64,000 nt of DNA, taken from assembly GCA_036679605.1 (NCBI GenBank), contig JAZDCZ010000386.1, positions 123,359 to 187,358 on the forward strand, read 5' to 3'. The translations under genes were made by a program, and so were the position numbers. Below are positions 33,166 to 42,872 of the stretch, in pieces (the first letter of the stretch is position 1; the number at the start of each line of letters is the position of its first letter). This DNA comes from Gemmatimonadota bacterium. GTDB lineage: Bacteria; Gemmatimonadota; Gemmatimonadetes; Gemmatimonadales; GWC2-71-9. The notes below the pieces were generated by a model. The model was not told the DNA's origin. It searched no databases and worked only from the letters and a program-made list of their open reading frames with translations.

Positions 33166-35037
33166 CTAGAATCCCCGGGTGTTGGGCGCGGGACTTTGCC
33201 CGAAGGGCAGGGCCGGTTGCGCCCGCTGTGCCCGCGCTAACTCCTTGCGATTATCCTTCACCTTGGCGTCGTCCCGGAGGGCGGCCACCAGAAGCTGCAC
33301 TCTTATCTGTCGAGCCTGCTGTAGGATCTGATTTCTGAAGTCATCCAGGCCTTCGACGAACGCCGTGCTGTCTGCCCTGTGTCTCCCGGTCGGCTGGATG
33401 AAAAATATTGCCTGGTCGGTTTTTATCGGGCCGCTGATTTGGTCAACCGCCACCCCAAAAGCGACCCCCACGGCTTCGGGAGCTGCCCCCAGCGCGGGAC
33501 TTGGCTGGCCACGAGTGAACGACTTCAGGGCGGTAGGTGCCAGACCGTACTTGATCGCGACATTGACCAATGCCATGCCGCCCTTGAGGTCCGAATCAAC
33601 CTGCCGGGCGAGTTCTTCGGCCTTGACCCATTTCTTGGCCGCCTTGGCCTCTGCCGTAACACGGTCCCTTATATCGTTCAGCGGGGCTACTCCCGCCGAT
33701 TCCAACGAATCGAGGCGAAATACGTAGAAGGCGTGGTCCGTTTCGATCACTGGAGAAGTCTCGTCTTCGATCGCTTCAAATGCCCAAATACCCACGTCTG
33801 ATACAGGATAACGGCCGATTCGCATCTGAGACCGTTCCATCACCGGCGGGGCCTGGGAAACGGGGACACCCAGTCTGTCTGCTGTATCGTCGAGTGCGGT
33901 TGGATCGTCCTGCTCAGCCGCGTAGAGATCCATCGTGTCTCCGCGCGACTCCACGATCCGGAGGTGCTCACCCTCGAGTTCTATCGGGATCAGAATGTGG
34001 CGTGCATGGTACTCGTCCGTGCCCTTTGACTCCAACCGGATCAGGTGATAGCCAAATTGGGTTAACACCGGGTCGGATATCTCGCCGGGTTTGAGTGCCA
34101 TTGCGGCGTCGGAAAACGGAGAGACGTGGGTGCCCACGGGCGTCTGGCCCAAGTCGCCGCCGTCTTGACGGCTACCAGAATCCGCCGACTCGCGCGCCGC
34201 AATCTCGGCAAAGTCGCCGCCGGCCGCGAGTTCGTTCAAGATGTCGCGAGCCCGAGCTGAGGCCACCGCTGTATCGGGGGCATTGGGCTCACGGGAGACT
34301 TGAATAAAACTCGTATACGCGATTGCCGGACGCTGGTAGTCGTCGCTGTGGCTGCGGTAATACGCTTTCAGCTCTTGGTCGGTGACTTCGATCTCGTCGT
34401 CGGTGGCCGTCAGTTGCGGCAGGATAGTGATCACTCTGGCCGCCACCGAATCGTTCAGATCTTGGTAGATCTTCCACAACTTTGAGTCGGGCACATAGAT
34501 GTCTGCCGTGATCCGCTGGAATAACTTGGCTCTCGGCAGCTCGTCTCGGTAGCGGGATTCCAGCGCGAAAAGAAACGCAGGGTCGGTCTGTGACTGTAGG
34601 TAGCGCTGGTATTTGGCCATGTCGAATTGGCCATCTGTCTGGAACGACGGGATACCAAACATCTCAGGAGGCGGTGATGTCATTGCAGCGTCCCGGATCT
34701 CGTCGTCGGTCACCGTAATGCCACGGCGCTCGTACTCATCATCCAACGCTATCTGCTGCACCATGCTCTCCAGGACCTGGTCTTCCAGCGCGCGCTGCTC
34801 GTCCAGGGTATAGAGCGGGGTTCCTTGCTGGCGGTATTGGTCTTGGGCGTTTCTAACTGCCCCGTAAAACGTCTGGACATCGATTTTGCGGCCGTTGATA
34901 CTGGCTACCGCGTCGGTCACGCTAGGACCGCTTGACCCCGTCAGGTCCATTCCAACCTGGAAGACCATCCAGCCGACGAAACTCACGGCAACGATGCCCA
35001 TGATCCATTTCGCACTGGCACGCATTGTTCGCATCAT
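33166..35037 (-). CDS. PpiD/SurA-like membrane-anchored parvulin PPIase
   Basis: N-terminal TM, SurA N-domain, rotamase motifs (F..IA..ES.D..S...GGDLG, TQFGYHLI). Confidence 0.85.
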   Translation of the reverse strand: MMRTMRASAKWIMGIVAVSFVGWMVFQVGMDLTGSSGPSVTDAVASINGRKIDVQTFYGAVRNAQDQYRQQGTPLYTLDEQRALEDQVLESMVQQIALDDEYERRGITVTDDEIRDAAMTSPPPEMFGIPSFQTDGQFDMAKYQRYLQSQTDPAFLFALESRYRDELPRAKLFQRITADIYVPDSKLWKIYQDLNDSVAARVITILPQLTATDDEIEVTDQELKAYYRSHSDDYQRPAIAYTSFIQVSREPNAPDTAVASARARDILNELAAGGDFAEIAARESADSGSRQDGGDLGQTPVGTHVSPFSDAAMALKPGEISDPVLTQFGYHLIRLESKGTDEYHARHILIPIELEGEHLRIVESRGDTMDLYAAEQDDPTALDDTADRLGVPVSQAPPVMERSQMRIGRYPVSDVGIWAFEAIEDETSPVIETDHAFYVFRLDSLESAGVAPLNDIRDRVTAEAKAAKKWVKAEELARQVDSDLKGGMALVNVAIKYGLAPTALKSFTRGQPSPALGAAPEAVGVAFGVAVDQISGPIKTDQAIFFIQPTGRHRADSTAFVEGLDDFRNQILQQARQIRVQLLVAALRDDAKVKDNRKELARAQRAQPALPFGQSPAPNTRGF

Positions 35038-35133
35038 AGGCTTGTCATCCCTCGCACGAGTTCATTCTCCCAAAGAGCGGGTAAGTCTAAGTGAGATAAG
35101 GGGCAAACTCAAGTTAGATACACCTGTTTCAGG

Positions 35134-35162
35134 TTGAAGTTTTCCCCCGTAGAGACTAAGTT
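35134..35162 (+). promoter_or_regulatory. Possible sigma70 promoter
   Basis: TTGAAG-17 nt-TAAGTT in the divergent intergenic region. Confidence 0.4.
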
Positions 35163-35202
35163 CGGAGGCGATTCCTCCCTCTGACCCAGTACCGGCGGCT
35201 AG

Positions 35203-37047
35203 ATGGCTTATCAGAGCGAAATAGAGAAGCTGGAACAGCGCTACGAAGAGAACCGCAAGCAGTGGTTCGCCGCGTTGGCTGACTCGTACCGCAAGGCCGG
35301 CGACGTCGATCTAGCGCTGGACGTGGTGCGCGGTGGCTTGGAGGAGCGGCCCGACTATGCGAGCGCGCACATAGTGCTAGGCCGCTGCCTGCTGGCGAAA
35401 GAGGACGATCCCGGGGCCGGCGGCGCCTTTGAGCGGGTGTTGGACCTCGATCCCGAGAACATCATTGCCCTCAAATCTCTCTCTGATATCTCCGAGCGAA
35501 GTGGAGATACCGATGGGCTGAGGTCCTGGCTCGCACGCCTGCTGGACGTCGATCCCATGAACCAGGAGGCTCAGGAAAAGCTCAAGGTGCTTGATGCGCC
35601 GCCCGCGACAGAGATGCCACCAGAACCTCCGGTGGTCGCAGAGCCCGAGCCCGTAGCAGAGCCGGAGCCGGTCGCAGAGGTAGAGCCCGAGCCGGGGTTA
35701 GAGGTGAGGGTAGAGCCAGGGGCGGCCTGGGCGGCTGAAGCAATGGCCGACATGGCAGCGGCGGGGTCGACAATAGAAGAGCCGGCAGTGGATCCCCAAT
35801 TGCTGGAGGTGGCGGCGGCAGATACGGCGCCGGTGCCGGCTGTCGATATCGACGCTGCTGCTGATCCGATCGAGGTCGCAGGTGGCCTGGATGAGATAGG
35901 GCTGATCGAGGAGCCAGGCGAGCCTCCGGTGGTCGAGGAATTGGCGATCGAACCGACGTCGTTGGGTGGTGGCGTGCACGACGGCAATACCCTCGAGGTG
36001 GAGAGTCTCGATATTGGGTTCGGCCAGCCTGACGAAGCCGAACCGCCCCAAGAGTCCCAAGAGGCGTCCGCAGTGGGCGAGATCGAGCAGCCGGCGGAGT
36101 GGACGGACGTTGAGGAAGAGCCGGCGGCGGATCCAGGCGCCGATGAAGGTGAGATCACCGCTTTTGGCGATACAGCCGATTTTGGAGGGGACGAGCCGGA
36201 GGGTGCTGCTGACGAGGACCCGGAGCTAGCCAGGAGTGAGAGCACGGCTGATTTGGCGGGGTCAATGGAGTTCATTGACATGGTGGAGCAGGCTGAACCA
36301 GAGCCTGCAGCCGTAGAACCGAGTCTTGAAGCCGCGAGCACCGACGAAGCTGAGGTCGAGACAGAGGAAGAGGAAGAACTGCACTTAATAACGCCCGAGG
36401 AGGCGGAGGCGGATGCGGAGGCGGATGCGGGGGTGGAGCCGGGGCCGTTAGTAACCGAAACGATGGCAGAGGTATATGCCCAGCAGGGCCTGTATGACCA
36501 GGCCTGCGGCATCTATAGCCAGCTGCTGGAGCACCGCCCGGGCGATCAGGGCATTATCGACCGGCTTGCCGAGCTGACCGAACAGGCCCGCAGCCCTGTC
36601 GCTGCGGATGAAGCGGAACAGAGTCGGGCGGTCCGGTTTTCGATCGCTCACACCGGAGGCCAATCGGCAGTGGAGTTCTTACGAGCGGTGTTCACGGGAG
36701 GCATCGTCGAAGAGGTCGAGCCAATAGCCGACGCTCCGCCCACTCAAGAGGCTTCGCCCTTGGAATCAGCCTTCGGATTGGGCCCGGAGGTCCCGGGTTC
36801 GCCGACTGTTCCCGCCACTGATGAAGTCTCGTTGTCGTCCGTTTTTGGTGCGCCGAGTGTCCCACCCAAGCCCGAGGCCCCGAGTACAGATTCCGACTCC
36901 GAGGAAACAGACGTCTCCTACGACCAATTCTTCGGAGGCGAAGATGGGTCTGATGCTGGCGGTTCAGATGCGTCCGGCTCCGGCCCAGGGGAAGACGACG
37001 ATCCTGACAGCGATTTTCGCGATTGGCTCGAGGGCCTAAAGACCTAG
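35203..37047 (+). CDS. TPR protein with an acidic low-complexity linker
   Basis: N-terminal TPRs (FAALADSYRKAG), VTETMAEVYAQQG motif, C-terminal FRDWLEGLK. Confidence 0.75.
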   Translation: MAYQSEIEKLEQRYEENRKQWFAALADSYRKAGDVDLALDVVRGGLEERPDYASAHIVLGRCLLAKEDDPGAGGAFERVLDLDPENIIALKSLSDISERSGDTDGLRSWLARLLDVDPMNQEAQEKLKVLDAPPATEMPPEPPVVAEPEPVAEPEPVAEVEPEPGLEVRVEPGAAWAAEAMADMAAAGSTIEEPAVDPQLLEVAAADTAPVPAVDIDAAADPIEVAGGLDEIGLIEEPGEPPVVEELAIEPTSLGGGVHDGNTLEVESLDIGFGQPDEAEPPQESQEASAVGEIEQPAEWTDVEEEPAADPGADEGEITAFGDTADFGGDEPEGAADEDPELARSESTADLAGSMEFIDMVEQAEPEPAAVEPSLEAASTDEAEVETEEEEELHLITPEEAEADAEADAGVEPGPLVTETMAEVYAQQGLYDQACGIYSQLLEHRPGDQGIIDRLAELTEQARSPVAADEAEQSRAVRFSIAHTGGQSAVEFLRAVFTGGIVEEVEPIADAPPTQEASPLESAFGLGPEVPGSPTVPATDEVSLSSVFGAPSVPPKPEAPSTDSDSEETDVSYDQFFGGEDGSDAGGSDASGSGPGEDDDPDSDFRDWLEGLKT

Positions 37048-37512
37048 GTGCGAATCTCCGTTCTCAACGGACCCAACCTCAATCTCCTCGGTACGCGGGA
37101 GCCCGATGTTTACGGAGAGGACCGGCTGCAGGACATAGAGCAGGCCCTTCGGGCACACGCGAAATCCAATCATATTGAGATCTCCTGGTCGCAGACCAAC
37201 CACGAGGGCGAATTGATCGAGCTGATTCAGGGACTCCCTGGATCGGCAGACGGCGCCTTGATCAACGCCGCAGCGCTGACCCACACGTCCATTGGTATCA
37301 GAGATGCTCTGTTGGCGGTGCAGGTCCCGTTCGTAGAGGTGCATCTGTCCAATATTTTCGCCCGCGATGAACCGAGACGGCATTCGATGATCGCCGATTT
37401 GGCCGTAGGAGTTGTTGCGGGTTTCGGAGGGCAGAGTTACCTACTGGGCCTAGACGCTCTGGTGGGCTGTCTCGAGAACAGTGACAGCGAGACGCCTCTC
37501 AGAACGCCGTGA
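37048..37512 (+). CDS. aroQ: Type II 3-dehydroquinate dehydratase
   Basis: LNGPNLNLLGTREP.VYG, EVHLSNIFAR. Confidence 0.95.
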   Translation: MRISVLNGPNLNLLGTREPDVYGEDRLQDIEQALRAHAKSNHIEISWSQTNHEGELIELIQGLPGSADGALINAAALTHTSIGIRDALLAVQVPFVEVHLSNIFARDEPRRHSMIADLAVGVVAGFGGQSYLLGLDALVGCLENSDSETPLRTP

Positions 37513-38575
37513 GGCTCTGTTGCAGGCGGTTGACGGGGAGGGACTCGACGGGCTTGTCGTAACCCATCTTCCGAACATCCGCTACCTGACCGGATTCTCC
37601 GGGTCGGCTGGAGTGGTGGTGGTGCTTCCGAACGAGACTATTCTGCTCTCCGATTTTCGATATCGCGAGCAGGCGCAGCAAGAGGTTGGGGACACGGCCC
37701 GGATCGAGATTGTGCAGAGTGATATCTGGTCCGGACTGTGGAAGTTGCTCGAGGGATACCGCGAGATAGAGCAGTTGGGATTCGAGAGCCATGCGGTGAC
37801 GGTGGCTCAGGCGCAGCGATTCCAGAAGGATGGTGTACCGGTGAGCATGCAGCCGGTCACGTCTCTGGTTGAGCGGCAACGTGCGAGCAAGGACGGCCAG
37901 GAAGTTGAGGCTGTCCGTAGCGCCGCGGCACTGGCAATGTCTGCCCTGGATGCTACGCTCGAGACCGTTCGAGTGGGCCAGCGGGAGCAAGATGTCGCCG
38001 CGACACTGGAGCGGGAACTTCGGGTGCGTGACAGCGAGTGGCATCCGTTCGAGACGATCGTGGCCTCGGGCCCGCGCAGCGCTTTGCCGCACGCTTCAAC
38101 CAGCACGCGAGAGATCGAGCCGGGTGATTGGTTACTCCTTGACTTTGGCGCGCAGGTGGATGGATACTGCGCGGACATTACTCGGACCGTCGTGGTGGGT
38201 CGGCCAGCTGACGAACGCCAGCGCACCATGTACGAACTGGTACGCGACGCTCAGATGAAGGCGCGACAAGAGGTGCGCGCCGGAATGACCGGGCGCGAGG
38301 CAGACGCGCTTGCACGTTCTTTGATTGAGGATCAAGGCTTTGGCGACGCCTTCGGACACTCGTTGGGCCACGGTCTGGGGCTCGAGGTACATGAGGAACC
38401 GCGGCTCAGTGCGAGGAATGAAGAGGAGCTTCCCTGCCACGCGGTGGTTACGATAGAACCAGGAGTCTATTTTCCCGGTTGGGGTGGTGTGCGGATCGAA
38501 GATGATGTTTACTTGGGTCCCGAGGGAGCGGAATTACTCTCGGATGGAAAGACACAATTGTTGGAGTTGAGCTGA
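37481..38575 (+). CDS. Xaa-Pro aminopeptidase (M24)
   Basis: NIRYLTGFSGS, YCADITRT, HSLGHGLGLEVHE, TIEPGVY, GVRIED. Confidence 0.93.
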   Translation: MTARRLSERREALLQAVDGEGLDGLVVTHLPNIRYLTGFSGSAGVVVVLPNETILLSDFRYREQAQQEVGDTARIEIVQSDIWSGLWKLLEGYREIEQLGFESHAVTVAQAQRFQKDGVPVSMQPVTSLVERQRASKDGQEVEAVRSAAALAMSALDATLETVRVGQREQDVAATLERELRVRDSEWHPFETIVASGPRSALPHASTSTREIEPGDWLLLDFGAQVDGYCADITRTVVVGRPADERQRTMYELVRDAQMKARQEVRAGMTGREADALARSLIEDQGFGDAFGHSLGHGLGLEVHEEPRLSARNEEELPCHAVVTIEPGVYFPGWGGVRIEDDVYLGPEGAELLSDGKTQLLELS

Positions 38576-38581
38576 GGATAA

Positions 38582-39142
38582 ATGGCGAGTACGGCAGATT
38601 TTCGAAACGGAATGGTGCTCGATATCGACGGGCAGTTATTTCAGATCGCGTATTTTCAGCATGTGAAGCCTGGTAAGGGCGGTGCTTTCGTAAGGAGCAA
38701 GCTCAAGAACGTGAAAACCGGCGCGGTGCTGGACAAGACATGGAACGCCGGCGAGAAGGTCAAGGAAGTGCGCTTGGAGCGCAGGGCCGTGCAGTACTCC
38801 TACAGCGACGGAGCTCACCTCCATTTCATGGACATGGGTACCTACGACGATATTCCGCTCAACGATGAGATCGTCGGCAAGGACCAGCTCAGGTACCTCA
38901 AGGAGGGCATGGAGTGCTCGGGCCTCGTCCATGATGGCACTGTGATCATCATCGAGTTACCGTTCTTCATGGAGTTGGAGGTCGTAGAAACCGACCCCGG
39001 CGTCAGGGGGGACACGGCCTCCGGTGGGACCAAGCCGGCCAAGTTGGAGACAGGGGCTGTAGTGCAGGTTCCCCTCTTCGTCGAACAGGGCCAAGTTATC
39101 AAGGTCGATCGGCGGGAGGACAAGTACCTGGAACGCGTATGA
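38582..39142 (+). CDS. efp: Elongation factor P
   Basis: HVKPGKGGAFVR, PGVRGDT, KPAKLETG, VPLFV. Confidence 0.97.
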   Translation: MASTADFRNGMVLDIDGQLFQIAYFQHVKPGKGGAFVRSKLKNVKTGAVLDKTWNAGEKVKEVRLERRAVQYSYSDGAHLHFMDMGTYDDIPLNDEIVGKDQLRYLKEGMECSGLVHDGTVIIIELPFFMELEVVETDPGVRGDTASGGTKPAKLETGAVVQVPLFVEQGQVIKVDRREDKYLERV

Positions 39143-39600
39143 TCGATCTCAAATTCGTTGAGAAATTGCTCGATCTTTTGAGCCGATCCGACGCCGACAC
39201 TATTGAGATTCGGAAGTGGTCCACGACAGTTCGCGTCTCGAAGAGTGCTGGTGTACATCTGTCGGGTTCCGGTGCGCAGGCTGCCTCGGTTTCAAAGGTG
39301 GCCTCCGTCGGCAAAGAGGCCGCGCAGCCCGCAGCCACGGACGATTCGGCGGCTCGGTTGACGGAGATAAAATCTCCGATGGTGGGGACGTTCTATGCGC
39401 AGCCCGAGCCTGGTGCGGAACCCTACGTAAAAGTGGGTGGTCATATTAGTGTCGGGCAAACGTTGTGCATTATCGAGGCAATGAAAATCATGAACCCGCT
39501 CGACGCCGAAGTGTCTGGCGTCGTCAAAGAGATAACAGCGCAAGACGCGCAACCTGTCGAATACGGACAGGTGTTGTTCAGGGTGGATCCAAATGGCTGA
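39139..39600 (+). CDS. accB: Acetyl-CoA carboxylase biotin carboxyl carrier protein
   Basis: SPMVGTFY, biotinylation site IIEAMKIMN. Confidence 0.95.
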   Translation: MIDLKFVEKLLDLLSRSDADTIEIRKWSTTVRVSKSAGVHLSGSGAQAASVSKVASVGKEAAQPAATDDSAARLTEIKSPMVGTFYAQPEPGAEPYVKVGGHISVGQTLCIIEAMKIMNPLDAEVSGVVKEITAQDAQPVEYGQVLFRVDPNG

Positions 39601-40771
39601 ATCAAACGAAGAAGCGACCTTTAGTTTCAAACAAGCGATCACCGACATGGTGCAGAGGGGTGGGTCTGATCTGCACTTGAAGGTTGGCAGAGCGCCCACC
39701 ATTCGAGTAGCGGGTGAATTGGAGCAGCTGAAGCAGCAGCCGCTCAAGCCGGAAGAACTCAAAGCCCTAGCGGAACAGATTATGACCTCTAGGCAAGTCA
39801 AGGAGTTCGCCGAGCACAAGGAGGCAGACTTCGCAATCGGTGTTCCGGGCGTCGGAAGATTCCGCACCAACGTCTTTCAGCAGCGCGGTACGCTTGCCTT
39901 CGTTTTCCGGGCGATTCCGTACGAAGTGAAGACGGTGGAACAGTTGAAGCTTCCGAAGGTGCTGGAGACTATTTCGCTCAAGCCGCGTGGCCTGGTGCTG
40001 GTAACAGGGGTAACCGGTTCGGGTAAGTCGACAACGCTGGCCGCGATGATTCAGCACGTTAACACAACGCGTAGTTGCAATATCATCACCATCGAAGATC
40101 CCATCGAGTTCTTGCACCGCGACGGCAAGGCGAATCTGTCGCAGCGCGAGGTTGGATCCGATACGCTGTCGTTCGACTCGGCATTGCGCCACGTGTTGCG
40201 TCAGGATCCTGATGTCATCTTGATTGGTGAGATTCGAGATAAGCAGACGCTCGACACGGCCATGAAGGCTGCCGATACGGGGCATCTGGTATTCTCGACG
40301 CTCCACACGACTGATGCGACGCAGACAATCAACCGTATCATCTCGTTCTTCCCGCCGTACGAACACGATGCCGTGCGTAATCTGCTGTCGACCGCGCTCG
40401 AAGCTGTTGTGTCTTTGCGCTTGGTGCCGACCAAGGATGGAAACGGCCGCGTTCCCGCGTGTGAGATTCTGATCAACACGGCCGCCGTGAAGGGCAACAT
40501 CAGAGATGCAGAGAAATCCCTCAATATTCCAGATCTGATCAAGGAGGGAACGGTTCAGTATGGCATGCAGTCCTTCGATCAGTCTCTCATGGAATGGTAT
40601 CAGAACGGGGTGATCAGCTATGAGAGTGCGCTGTTTGCCTCATCGAACCCCAGCGAGTTTGCTCTGCGCATCAGTGGCATCGAGGGCACGTCGGACCGGA
40701 CGTTCTCGGATCAACTGGGCGGCGATACTGATATAGGCGTGCCGGAACTGGGCGACGGCTTTACTCAGTAA
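39593..40771 (+). CDS. pilT: PilT/PilU family type IV pilus retraction ATPase
   Basis: [56 protein letters not shown]. Confidence 0.92.
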   Translation: MAESNEEATFSFKQAITDMVQRGGSDLHLKVGRAPTIRVAGELEQLKQQPLKPEELKALAEQIMTSRQVKEFAEHKEADFAIGVPGVGRFRTNVFQQRGTLAFVFRAIPYEVKTVEQLKLPKVLETISLKPRGLVLVTGVTGSGKSTTLAAMIQHVNTTRSCNIITIEDPIEFLHRDGKANLSQREVGSDTLSFDSALRHVLRQDPDVILIGEIRDKQTLDTAMKAADTGHLVFSTLHTTDATQTINRIISFFPPYEHDAVRNLLSTALEAVVSLRLVPTKDGNGRVPACEILINTAAVKGNIRDAEKSLNIPDLIKEGTVQYGMQSFDQSLMEWYQNGVISYESALFASSNPSEFALRISGIEGTSDRTFSDQLGGDTDIGVPELGDGFTQ

Positions 40772-40774
40772 CAT

Positions 40775-42130
40775 ATGTTCAAAAAAATATTGATTGCCAA
40801 CCGCGGTGAGATAGCGCTGAGGGTGATCAGAGCCTGTCGCGAGCTGGGAATCGAGACGGTAGCTGTCTATAGCGAGGCCGATCGCGAGTCCCTCCACGTT
40901 CGTTTTGCCGACGACGACGTGTGCATCGGTCCGCCGCCGAGTAGGCTTTCCTATCTGAGGATCCCGGGCATCATAGCAGCGGCGGAGATAACCGGCGCAG
41001 ACGCGATTCACCCCGGCTATGGATTCTTGGCCGAAAGCGCCGAGTTTGCCGAAACCTGCGCGGCCTCCAATGTCGTGTTCATCGGGCCGACGCCGAAGCA
41101 GATCCAACTCATGGGCGACAAGGCCAGCGCGCGGAAGTTGGCACAGGAATTAGACGTGCCTGTCGTTCCGGGGTCGACGGACTCATTAGAGGATCCCAGC
41201 AAGGCGCTCGACATCGCCACAGGGATCGGATTCCCGGTCATCATCAAAGCGGCGGCCGGTGGGGGTGGCAAGGGAATGAGGGTGGCCGACTCGGCCGACG
41301 CGTTTGTCCAGGCCTTTCAGTTGGCGCGCAACGAGTCGTTGGCGGCATTCGGCAATGCGGAAGTCTACATAGAAAAATTCCTGGACCGTCCAAGACATGT
41401 GGAAATCCAAATCATGGGTGATCGCTCGGGCAACGTTATGCATGTGGGTGAGCGCGATTGCTCTGTGCAGCGCCGGCACCAAAAACTAATCGAGGAAGCG
41501 CCGAGTCCGGGTATCTGCCCGGAGATGCGGGACGCTATGGGAAAAGTCGCTGTGAAGTTGGCTCATCACATCAGCTACGTTGGGGCCGGCACGGTTGAGT
41601 TCTTGGTCGCAGATTCCAAGTTCTATTTCATGGAGATGAATACGAGAATCCAGGTCGAGCATCCGGTGACAGAAATGGTCACAAACTTCGACTTGGTGAA
41701 GGAACAGATTCGTGTGGCGTGGGGTGAGCCACTTGGCTTGACCCTGCACGGGAATTGTCTGCGGGGCCATGCAATAGAGTGTCGTGTGAACGCGGAAGAC
41801 CCATTCCGTAACTTCCAACCCTGTCCGGGCACAATTACAGCGTTTCATCCTCCCGGAGGGCCGGGCGTTCGCGTCGATACGCACATTTACTCGGGTTATA
41901 CGGTACCACCGTACTATGATTCGCTGATCGCGAAGGTCATTGTACAGGGCGCATCGAGAGATGAGGCTCTTTCCCGCATGAGCCAGGCGCTCGATTCGTT
42001 TATTATCGAAGGCGTGACAACGACGATCCCCTTCCTGCAGCGTGTAATTCGCCATCCGGACTTCGTATCGGGCGCGGTGGACACCAAGCTTCTAGAGCGC
42101 GAGCCCGATCTTCTCAAACCGGCAGCATGA
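40775..42130 (+). CDS. accC: Biotin carboxylase
   Basis: [41 protein letters not shown]. Confidence 0.96.
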   Translation: MFKKILIANRGEIALRVIRACRELGIETVAVYSEADRESLHVRFADDDVCIGPPPSRLSYLRIPGIIAAAEITGADAIHPGYGFLAESAEFAETCAASNVVFIGPTPKQIQLMGDKASARKLAQELDVPVVPGSTDSLEDPSKALDIATGIGFPVIIKAAAGGGGKGMRVADSADAFVQAFQLARNESLAAFGNAEVYIEKFLDRPRHVEIQIMGDRSGNVMHVGERDCSVQRRHQKLIEEAPSPGICPEMRDAMGKVAVKLAHHISYVGAGTVEFLVADSKFYFMEMNTRIQVEHPVTEMVTNFDLVKEQIRVAWGEPLGLTLHGNCLRGHAIECRVNAEDPFRNFQPCPGTITAFHPPGGPGVRVDTHIYSGYTVPPYYDSLIAKVIVQGASRDEALSRMSQALDSFIIEGVTTTIPFLQRVIRHPDFVSGAVDTKLLEREPDLLKPAA

Positions 42131-42870
42131 AACTCTCGATCTACTTCACACCACTCGGCGTCACTGACCAAGCGATCGCCGGGAGACCGGTTGTCGTAAT
42201 CGATGTTCTGAGGACCACCACCTCGATGGTCGCCGCCCTGGCCAACGGTGCACGTGCAATCTTGCCTGCTGCCAGCACTGAGGAGGCCCTGCGCCTCGCA
42301 CAAAACCTGGAGCGCGACGACATTCTGCTGGTGGGTGAACGTGGGTCCAATCGCGTGGAAGGCTTCGCTCTGGGTAACTCGCCGCTCGAAATGACGGCAG
42401 AAGCCGTCAGTGGAAAGACGTTGGTGATGGCCACGACCAACGGCACGCCCGCACTCGTCGCCGCGGAGGGGGGCGACCCAGTGCTGATCGCTGCGGTCAC
42501 GAATTTCTCAGCTGTCGCCGCACGGGCCCGCAAGGAATTCGACCGCTGCGGTGAACTCAGTATGCTGTGTTCCGGGCGCGAGGGAATGTTCGCCCTCGAG
42601 GACGCGTACTGCGCCGGAAGGATCGCCCAGCTACTCGTGCCGGGTCGCGATCGCCGTGGCGCGGAGCTGAACGACGGTGCCATCGCCGCATTGCAGCTCG
42701 TCCGTCGCTACGGCGAGAAGTGGAAGCGCGGTGTGGGCGCTAGTGCTGCGGCTCGCAACCTCAAGAAGCTGGGATTCAAAGACGATCTGAGTCTTGCTAC
42801 GGGCGCGGACACACACGATATCGTGCCGATCTATTCGAATAGACACGTCACGGTAGTGGCCGAAACCTAG
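42127..42870 (+). CDS. 2-phosphosulfolactate phosphatase family protein
   Basis: [29 protein letters not shown]. Confidence 0.88.
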   Translation: MKLSIYFTPLGVTDQAIAGRPVVVIDVLRTTTSMVAALANGARAILPAASTEEALRLAQNLERDDILLVGERGSNRVEGFALGNSPLEMTAEAVSGKTLVMATTNGTPALVAAEGGDPVLIAAVTNFSAVAARARKEFDRCGELSMLCSGREGMFALEDAYCAGRIAQLLVPGRDRRGAELNDGAIAALQLVRRYGEKWKRGVGASAAARNLKKLGFKDDLSLATGADTHDIVPIYSNRHVTVVAET

Positions 42871-42872
42871 CC

